Made by a program: the position numbers and the translations under genes
The notes under the pieces: generated by a model
Seen by the model: only the letters and a program-made list of their open reading frames with translations
Told to the model about the DNA's origin: nothing
Databases searched by the model: none
Source of the DNA: an uncultured Verrucomicrobiae bacterium
GTDB taxonomy: Bacteria; Verrucomicrobiota; Verrucomicrobiia; Chthoniobacterales; JAFAMB01
Assembly (NCBI GenBank): GCA_963837955.1
Contig: CAWIPH010000001.1
Location: 128,001-192,000, forward strand
Direction of reading: 5' to 3'
DNA length: 64,000 nucleotides
Part shown: in pieces, positions 57,298-64,000 of the stretch
Layout of the letters: every line of letters starts with the position of its first letter
Numbering within the stretch: position 1 is the stretch's first letter

Positions 57298-59741
57298 CCG
57301 TAGCGACTCATTTGGCTCGGAGCCAGTGGCGGAAGCGGTTGTCTGGCCGGGCTCTGAGTCGTCTGAACGTAAATAGAAGCGCTCTCCTGCAATTGGTTCC
57401 AGCGATCCCACTCATGATTGGGAGCTTGCACTATCTGCCGCAACAGACTACGCCATTCGGTCAGCGCCCTTTCGATATCGCCATGCCGAATGCTTTCGTT
57501 AACCAACTTGTGGCGTCCGATCTGGTGTTCAATCAAATCACGGACGACCTCCGATGCGCCTGCACCGTAGGCGATCGGCAGGCCCAGTTCGAGGTAACCG
57601 GGAAAGTCGGCTCGCTGATACACATTCTGGCAAACTGCAGCTAAGCGACCGCCCGCTCGGGTGTCGTCCATAGCAAAGCGATGACCGGCCCGCAGATCGG
57701 CCAAATCAAACAGCAAGTCCTGGATCGGATAATCGGGTTGCTCGAGAGCGGCGGCCACGGCCAAGCCCTCTCCCTGGTTAAAGAAACTGAAAATGATACC
57801 CCGGCGAGTCGGAACACCCTGCTCGTCCACCAATCCAAGCCGACGCCAGGCGAAGGCAGGTGAAAGAGAGAGATCAATCGCTTCGCACTCCGACCGGCAT
57901 GCGCACCGTTGGCAAACCTGCGGGTAACTTCGACGTAGCTCCGGATTGGCCAAATATCGTCCCTCCGCATCGAGATAGCCCCTGCCGGGGACGTTCCCGA
58001 AACGAAAGCGTCCGTAAGCAGTATTTTGGCGAACAACGAAATCGTAGAACTCGCCTTCCACCTCCTTTGCTATGAGTGGAATCAACTCGCTTAAAAATTT
58101 CTCGGACGGCAACGGTCGACCAAGCGGAATGAGCGGATAACGGTCCCGCAAGACCTTGCGAAACCATTTCGCAGCAATCCAACCCTTATCAGTAACACTC
58201 GCGATCGGTAGTTCCCGGCCATACTCAAAGGGTTTCTTATCCGAGTGGATTTTGCAAAGATTGCCAAACCCGAGTGGCTGTAGCACGGCAGCAATCGTCA
58301 GCGCCGGCCGCCATCGGCCGTCGTCTCTTCGCATCCAGAGATCGGAAAGCGCAACATCGGAAATGGGCGGACAGATTTCCCACTCCTTCCGAGAATTCAG
58401 CATTTCGGCCTCATGTCGCCGAACCAGCCGCCCCCTCTCACCATCCACCGGCAAGCCGCAGACCAGAATCTGGTCGCCGGCCTTGGTGTCAGCCGAGATG
58501 GCACTCGTTTCGTAGAACTTCTCCACCCCGATCAACAATCGGCGAGTCGAAAAAAGGTGCGTCGCAACCTCCATTGCCCCTCGAAACGGATCTTCTCCGC
58601 GTTGGGCCGCTTCGCGCATCACCGCGATCATCGACGGCCAATCGATTGGGTCCGCTCGTCGCAGTTTGCCGGGAAACGCTTCGTGCAGTCTCGGAATCTC
58701 CGGTGTAACGAGCGCATACCCGATCTCGTCCAAACCGCGCCTTCCGGCTCGTCCGAACATTTGCAGTAACTCGTCCGGACGCACTTGGCGCTGAAAATTC
58801 CCGGCTTGATATTGAGTGCCTGTCACCAAAGCAGATCGCATCGAAAAGTTGATTCCGGCAGCCAGTCCCATGGTTGCGACCACCACCCGAAGCTGGCCCT
58901 TCTTAGCCAACGGTTCGATGATTCCGGCGCGAACGGCATAACTCAATCCGCTATGATGAAAAGCGACGCGCGATCGCAGCAGCCGGGCGAGCGGTTCACC
59001 CGCTAAGATCGACTGCTCTTGGGTCAGCACCAACGGTTTGTCAGGCGGCAAGGTCGACGCCAGCGAAATGGCCAGATCCTCTGCTCCTTGCCGTCTCGGA
59101 GCAAATACTAGAATTGGTCCCAGGTCCGAGATCAAAGCGCGCGTGATCAACTTCGACCAATAACCGCGAGCGTTGGCAGGAGCGCGTGCTGGTAGATCGC
59201 TCAACATGACCTCTTCGAGCGGAACAGGCCGTTGCAGGTGTTCCACCAATTCGACTCTTCTTCGGTTGCGACGCAGCCAGTCCGCGATTTCATGAGGATT
59301 AGCGACACTACCGCTGAGCAAAAGGAGTTGGGTCTCCGGCGGAGCCACCGACAGGATGAGCTCGTAGTTCGTGCCGCGCACAGGATCGGCCAACAGTTGG
59401 TATTCATCGACCACCAAGAGCCTGGGACCTTCTCGGCGCAAAAACCGGACTTTCTGCGTTTCGAGTGTCGCTACGACGACCTTGGCGTCGAGATTTTCGG
59501 CCAAGTCGCCGGTAGCGATACCAACATCCCACCCGCGCTGCTTCCACTCGGCCAGCTTGTCATTCGCCAATGCACGAGTCGGGACGGTGTAGACCGCCTG
59601 CCCTTTCAGAGACTCGTAGATCAACTCGAAAATATAAGTCTTACCCGATCCAGTCGGCGCTTGAACCACCACATCAAATCCCTCACGGAGAAATTTGACC
59701 GCATCCTGCTGCCACTTATCGGGGATGATCAGATTGACCAT
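57285..59741 (-). CDS. Ski2/HelY-like superfamily 2 helicase
   Basis: APTGSGKT, PTRALAN, VDEYQ, LSGSV, FHHSGL, QMFGRAGRRG. Confidence 0.9.
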   Translation of the reverse strand: MVNLIIPDKWQQDAVKFLREGFDVVVQAPTGSGKTYIFELIYESLKGQAVYTVPTRALANDKLAEWKQRGWDVGIATGDLAENLDAKVVVATLETQKVRFLRREGPRLLVVDEYQLLADPVRGTNYELILSVAPPETQLLLLSGSVANPHEIADWLRRNRRRVELVEHLQRPVPLEEVMLSDLPARAPANARGYWSKLITRALISDLGPILVFAPRRQGAEDLAISLASTLPPDKPLVLTQEQSILAGEPLARLLRSRVAFHHSGLSYAVRAGIIEPLAKKGQLRVVVATMGLAAGINFSMRSALVTGTQYQAGNFQRQVRPDELLQMFGRAGRRGLDEIGYALVTPEIPRLHEAFPGKLRRADPIDWPSMIAVMREAAQRGEDPFRGAMEVATHLFSTRRLLIGVEKFYETSAISADTKAGDQILVCGLPVDGERGRLVRRHEAEMLNSRKEWEICPPISDVALSDLWMRRDDGRWRPALTIAAVLQPLGFGNLCKIHSDKKPFEYGRELPIASVTDKGWIAAKWFRKVLRDRYPLIPLGRPLPSEKFLSELIPLIAKEVEGEFYDFVVRQNTAYGRFRFGNVPGRGYLDAEGRYLANPELRRSYPQVCQRCACRSECEAIDLSLSPAFAWRRLGLVDEQGVPTRRGIIFSFFNQGEGLAVAAALEQPDYPIQDLLFDLADLRAGHRFAMDDTRAGGRLAAVCQNVYQRADFPGYLELGLPIAYGAGASEVVRDLIEHQIGRHKLVNESIRHGDIERALTEWRSLLRQIVQAPNHEWDRWNQLQESASIYVQTTQSPARQPLPPLAPSQMSRYGNGR

Positions 59742-59849
59742 CGCTCTTTAACTTCGTTAAAGAATGGCAAATGACAAATGACAGATGACAGATTGAGCGA
59801 TTGCCGATTTGACACACTTCATCAACGCATACATATTATCGTTGTATAT

Positions 59850-59958
59850 ATGGCGCAGTTATGACCGATTTGAAGATCTGCCGGTCTGGCAGGAGGCCGC
59901 GCGCCTTTACAATCGTGACGTCAGATTTGTTGCACTGTCAGAAATTATCTCTCGGTAG
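59850..59958 (+). pseudogene. N-terminal fragment of a four-helix-bundle (23S-IVP/Avd-like) protein
   Basis: RFEDLPVWQEAARLYNR at 59866-59916, out of frame with ATG 59850 and truncated. Confidence 0.7.
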
Positions 59959-60303
59959 CCAGCATCCAGGCTCCAGTTTGAACGAGCTGTCGCTTATCGG
60001 TTTCAAGTCCAATTGATCTGCAAAGTGATTCGAGCATTCACGCCACCGAATGAGAACATCATCCGAATGCACTCTCCTGCGAGCCACGAGCGGACTAAGA
60101 AAGATCGATAGTTCGGCGGTCATTGTCATGCGATCAAAGCCTTCAGCGATACTTATTCTCGAGCACAGGAGAGCCGGCCCAATCAAGCAGAATGCGAAGT
60201 CCGACCGAAAGGCCATCGTTGGATTCCTCAGACAAATCCAGACCGAGTTGTAGAAGCGCTCCTTCCGCAGACCGGCAAGTCTCAAATCCCCTAACGTTGG
60301 CAA
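59938..60303 (-). pseudogene. Heavily frameshifted four-helix-bundle protein relic
   Basis: DNA similar to the FEDLPVW start (GATTTGAGACTTGCCGGTCTG); fragments LDLSEESN, LLDWAG and SIAEGFDRMT lie in different frames. Confidence 0.6.
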
Positions 60304-60388
60304 GTCGACTTAAGGTCGTATTGTAAATGTCATAGATCTTTCTGCCGACCCATGTCAAGACCTCTCTCCAACCCATCTTTCCGATCTG

Positions 60389-61330
60389 CTATTTGCTATT
60401 TGCTATCGCTTCCAGATCAAGCGCCTTCAGCAACGCTCGATCTTCGTCCACCCCTGGGTTTGCGGCGGTCAAGAGCTTGTCGCCGTAGAAGAGCGAGTTG
60501 GCGCCGGCAAAAAAACAAAGCGCTTGAGCTTCCCGAGAAAGTTTGGTTCGGCCCGCGGATAGGCGAACGCGCGCTTTCGGAAGCGCGATACGGGTCGTCG
60601 CAATGAGACGGATCAATTCGAAAACATCGACAGGAGGTTGCTTTTCCAGCGGTGTCCCCGGCATCGGGACCAGGCAATTAATCGGTACGCTTTCCGGAGC
60701 GGGATTGAAGCCGGTTAGGACCTGCAACATCTTCAAACGATCGAGCGGAGATTCGCCCATCCCGATGATCCCTCCACAACACACCGCGATCCTGGCCTGC
60801 TGGACAGCCCGGATTGTGTTTAAACGATCTTGAAAGGTGTGCGTCGATACGATGTTTGGATAGTAATCTTCAGAAGTATCTAGGTTGTGATTGTAGGCAG
60901 TAACGCCCGCCACTTTCAGTTTCTCAGCTTCGCCTACTGTTAACTGTCCCAGGGTAACACAGACTTCCATTCCAAGCCGGCTTACCGCCTGCACAATCTC
61001 GAGTACCTGCGCGAATTTCGGTTCGCCGTCCCGCACACCTTTCCAGGCCGCACCCATACAAAAGCGCGTGGAACCGTTCGCTTTCGCTCGTTCAGCAATT
61101 TTCAGCACGGCCGCTGGCTCCATCAGGGCTTCGCGGGAGATAGCTGTCTGATATCGCGCGCTTTGCGCGCAGTAAGCGCAATCCTCACTGCACCCTCCTG
61201 TCTTGATGCTGAGCAGAGTGCAGAGCTGGACACTGTGATCTTTCCAGTGTTGCACGAACATTGCCCGGGCTTTGCTGAGCAATTCAAAAAATGGCAGATC
61301 ATAAATTTCCTGCAGCTGGGCGAGCTTCAT
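60389..61330 (-). CDS. bioB: Biotin synthase
   Basis: KTGGCSEDCAYCAQS radical-SAM motif, YNHNLDTS, ESVPIN, VRLSAGR. Start set at ATG 61330. Confidence 0.96.
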   Translation of the reverse strand: MKLAQLQEIYDLPFFELLSKARAMFVQHWKDHSVQLCTLLSIKTGGCSEDCAYCAQSARYQTAISREALMEPAAVLKIAERAKANGSTRFCMGAAWKGVRDGEPKFAQVLEIVQAVSRLGMEVCVTLGQLTVGEAEKLKVAGVTAYNHNLDTSEDYYPNIVSTHTFQDRLNTIRAVQQARIAVCCGGIIGMGESPLDRLKMLQVLTGFNPAPESVPINCLVPMPGTPLEKQPPVDVFELIRLIATTRIALPKARVRLSAGRTKLSREAQALCFFAGANSLFYGDKLLTAANPGVDEDRALLKALDLEAIANSK

Positions 61331-61518
61331 AAGAATGTTGTTTTTTCCGCTAGGATTTTCGCCTTCGTATTCGTCCGTCGTGAACCCATTACAGTTAGGA
61401 TGTGTCGCTCCGCGACCCAGCGTCGAGGACATTGTCGAGCCTTGTTAGGCCGAAAACCTTTACCGGAAAGATACTGCGCCAATATTTTAAGGCCTTGCGG
61501 GAAATGACTAGTCGGTGA

Positions 61519-61548
61519 TCCGGCTCTCGCGGAGCGAGAAACCCTACC
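61519..61548 (-). repeat. Short GTAG-type REP-like hairpin
   Basis: Reverse strand reads GGTAG-GG-TTTCTCGC-TCC-GCGAGAG-CC. Confidence 0.5.
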
Positions 61549-61615
61549 GGCAATGGGTTTAGGGTGACGAACACGAGTACGATTGTGATTAAGGCTTCGC
61601 CACTCGGTCGATCCT

Positions 61616-62320
61616 CTAGCTTCCCGTGACCCACTTTCCGGTCGGAGACACCAGTACCGGCAACTCATTGGTCATGTACTGCGTCTTACAGTCTGCACCA
61701 ATCATCTTAGCACCGGTCGCTTCCCGCCATCCGGCTGACATCTCCTGGCCGGTGTAACAACCCCATGATTGCACTTGCGCGTCCCGCGTAAAAATCCCCC
61801 GATGAAGCTTCGTCTTCAATTCGCTGACGTGAAGCCACGCCTTGGAGGCACTCCCAATTTCGTTGCTGTAATCGAACATGAAACAAGCGCGGTTTGAGTG
61901 GCCGAAGTAGTCAAATGTCGCGATCTTGTAGCGGGACCGGTCTTGCCCGCGGTTAAGATAATCGCAGAATTGATCGGCACTCTGGAAATAAATCAGATTC
62001 GTTCCGTATTTCGTGCGAACGGAATCGATTATGCTGAATATGCTTTCCTTTTCCTGGGTTTGCCGTCGCTTGTAGCCGGGACTATAGACCAGCCAAGTAA
62101 TCTGCGCGGATGGACCATACTGAGTCCGCAGCTGCTCGATCCTGATACGGCTTGCCCGGATAAAGTTGAGCCACCAGTTGTCATGCGGCTCAATCTTAAA
62201 TTTCTCCCACATCATCAGGGAGACCGCGCCAGTGGCTACAATATGCTCACCAGTGTCCTGACCGAATGCGAACGATGCTAGAGCAATCGCTGCAAAAACC
62301 GCTGTTACGTACCGAAACAT
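61616..62320 (-). CDS. Exported hypothetical protein with a possible His-Cys dyad
   Basis: Signal peptide, FDYFGHSN and QSWGCYTG motifs. Start set at ATG 62320. Confidence 0.65.
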   Translation of the reverse strand: MFRYVTAVFAAIALASFAFGQDTGEHIVATGAVSLMMWEKFKIEPHDNWWLNFIRASRIRIEQLRTQYGPSAQITWLVYSPGYKRRQTQEKESIFSIIDSVRTKYGTNLIYFQSADQFCDYLNRGQDRSRYKIATFDYFGHSNRACFMFDYSNEIGSASKAWLHVSELKTKLHRGIFTRDAQVQSWGCYTGQEMSAGWREATGAKMIGADCKTQYMTNELPVLVSPTGKWVTGS

Positions 62321-62531
62321 GGAAGATGAATTACCTCGGCTTCGCAAAAGTTTCCAGTCTTTCGAAAAGGGACTGCAGATCGGCGAATGGAACCCCAATA
62401 CAGAGAGGGCGCGCAGCGACGTCGTCGGATCCTGGTGCGCCGCGGATCGCGAGGATCGACGTCGCAGAAGCGCACGGTCGTTGAGGCGTGATGTGTGAAA
62501 AAGCTATGTCGGACAGGCTGCGATCCCTCCC

Positions 62532-63551
62532 CTACCGCCGCAAGAAGTCTTCGAGCGCCTGATGGAACTGATCCGGAGCCTCCAAGTGGGGAATGTGTCC
62601 GACATTGGCTAGTTCCACCAAACGCGCACCGGGGATTTGCGTGGCAGCCTTCCGTGCTAGTTCGACTACATGCCCGAGATTTCTTCGAACATCGATCGGA
62701 GCGCGATCGCGCCCGATGGCGGTGTGATCTTCCTGTCCAACTATCAGCAGCGTCGGCACTTTTATCTCAGCGAATTCGTAACAAACCGGATCCTGGTAAA
62801 CCATGAGATCAGTCAACGCGGCCGCCCGCGCCCAGCGCGGGAAATCCCCGCTCAGAGTTACCCGCAAGCGAGGTTCGACGAATACTTCCGCTTTCTCCGG
62901 CGGATAATGAACGAAATAGCCTTGTACGTATTTTCGGTAATCTTCCAAACTCGTGTTGAGTTCCTGTTGGTACAATTGTTCCAACGGAGCAGGCGGTACC
63001 GATAACCGATAATCTTCTAGACCAATCGGGTCTTCCAGAACCAGCGCTTCGGTACGACCCGGATATAGCCGGGCAAACCGGATTGCCAACATGCCGCCCA
63101 TGGAATGGCCGACCACGCTTGCCTTCGGAATCTGTAGGAGATCAAGCAAGCCAGCGGTGTTTTCCGCCAAAAAATCGAGACTGTAATGGACGTCTGCCTT
63201 TGACGACTTTCCGAATCCAATTTGGTCAGGAACAATCACTCTATAGCCACGATCGGTGAGGAACTTGATAGTATCGATCCAATAGGCGCCCCAAAAATTC
63301 TTACCATGCAACAGAACAACTGTTCGACCGTTCGCATTCTTTGTCGGCTGCACGTCCATGAAACACATTCGGACATCCTGACCTTCCGTGTACAGGTTCA
63401 GATACGCCGTCGGATACGGATACTTCAGCTCTTCATAGCATGTGCCGATCGGCGTATCGTATCGATCTGGTAAAGTTTTCTCCTCTGCCTGAGCGACTGA
63501 TAAGAAAGCGGACACCAGCACCAGCCACAAAAAAGTCCGATTGATTCTCAC
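62532..63551 (-). CDS. Exported alpha/beta hydrolase
   Basis: Signal peptide; LLHGKNF, PDQIGFGKS, GHSMGG, GHIPHLE. Confidence 0.9.
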   Translation of the reverse strand: MRINRTFLWLVLVSAFLSVAQAEEKTLPDRYDTPIGTCYEELKYPYPTAYLNLYTEGQDVRMCFMDVQPTKNANGRTVVLLHGKNFWGAYWIDTIKFLTDRGYRVIVPDQIGFGKSSKADVHYSLDFLAENTAGLLDLLQIPKASVVGHSMGGMLAIRFARLYPGRTEALVLEDPIGLEDYRLSVPPAPLEQLYQQELNTSLEDYRKYVQGYFVHYPPEKAEVFVEPRLRVTLSGDFPRWARAAALTDLMVYQDPVCYEFAEIKVPTLLIVGQEDHTAIGRDRAPIDVRRNLGHVVELARKAATQIPGARLVELANVGHIPHLEAPDQFHQALEDFLRR

Positions 63552-63608
63552 GCTTCTATAATACGGGTGAACGGCCCTGGATCGTCAAGTGTGGGCCGTT
63601 CGGCCACA

Positions 63609-63658
63609 AACGGCTCAAGCCAACCCGGCGTTGCGCCGGCTTAGGCTTTCGCCCTACC
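63609..63658 (-). repeat. GTAG-type REP hairpin, copy 3
   Basis: AACGGCTCAAGCC-AACCCGGC-GTTGC-GCCGGCTT-AGGCTTTCGCCCTACC. Confidence 0.8.
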
Positions 63659-63688
63659 AATCTTGGGCGATCCTCACGTAAACATTCA

Positions 63689-64000
63689 TCAATCCTCTTC
63701 ATCATCCACATCGGTGATTTCGAGCGTCTCGATTTCCGGTAAGGAGGCCGTCCCGATAATACCTTGCAGGTCGCCGTACATTCCAGACAACCCACTCAAG
63801 ACCGTTTGGATCTGCTTTTCCCGCCTACTCCAATGCTTCATGAGCGCACGCTTCTCCTTGCTTAGCTGGTCCTGCATGCCGACGAAGGTTTGGATGATCG
63901 CGTTGACTCTTTCCCGGAACTCCGGGCCTGTCAGATAGCGATACACCACGTCCATTTTTTGATCGCGTCCTTCTGCCGAAGCACGAGCAAACGCCAGATT
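63689..64000 (-). CDS. DUF2130-family protein, C-terminal part (5' truncated by window)
   Basis: KMDVVYRYLTGPEFRERVNAI...EKRALMKHWSRREKQI...MYGDLQGI. Confidence 0.8.
   Translation of the reverse strand, partial: NLAFARASAEGRDQKMDVVYRYLTGPEFRERVNAIIQTFVGMQDQLSKEKRALMKHWSRREKQIQTVLSGLSGMYGDLQGIIGTASLPEIETLEITDVDDEED

Larger units (their letters stand above)
59763..60406. mobile_element. Heptamer-array-bounded cassette holding two opposed four-helix-bundle gene relics
   Basis: Left array aatggcaaatgacaaatgacagatgacaga (59763-59792) and right inverted array atctgctatttgctatttgctat (60384-60406). Confidence 0.55.

Noticed and set aside
755..59741. Lhr-MPE-ligase-exonuclease repair cluster assembled from the phosphoesterase, ligase fusion and helicase
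   Set aside because: The genes are tens of kb apart and the helicase is Ski2/HelY-like rather than Lhr.
54629..60406. CRISPR array
   Set aside because: The repeats are 7-nt tandem units in inverted pairs, not 23-50-nt direct repeats with regular spacers, and there are no cas genes.
59763..60406. Diversity-generating retroelement, given the Avd-like relics
   Set aside because: No reverse transcriptase and no TR/VR pair differing at adenines is visible in the window.
61331..61615. BirA operator upstream of bioB
   Set aside because: No TGTAAAC-N14-16-GTTTACA-like palindrome was recognised.

Overview
This is a 64-kb, mostly core-genome bacterial window of about 55% GC. Gene content and repeat style suggest a soil Verrucomicrobiota (Chthoniobacterales-like) organism; that assignment is inference only. 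Housekeeping genes include the 3' end of glnA, glnD, pgi, valS, murI, rsmE-dnaJ-grpE, galK, cysE, manC, ruvX, truA, glpX, lgt, bioB and tRNA-Ala(GGC). Metabolic modules are astA-astB plus an M20 hydrolase, an sseA-sufE pair, a probable lysine-catabolic operon and an aldolase/oxidoreductase/PfkB sugar cluster. No CRISPR array, integrase or transposase is visible. The most interesting signals: (1) intergenic cassettes bracketed by inverted arrays of short tandem repeats. Arrays of 9-mers flank a frameshifted GxxExxY gene, which recurs 44.6 kb away as an internally deleted copy. Arrays of 7-mers flank four-helix-bundle gene relics, several 'empty' sites occur, and five host genes take their stop codon from an array. 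(2) A 464-aa hypothetical protein with the motif order of DUF1338/HglS 2-oxoadipate dioxygenase, heading a lysine dehydrogenase-ALDH7 operon. (3) A ~195-nt structured RNA candidate between an HNH nuclease gene and valS. (4) A beta-CASP nuclease fused to an ATP-dependent DNA ligase. (5) A GTAG-type REP family with compensatory base changes.
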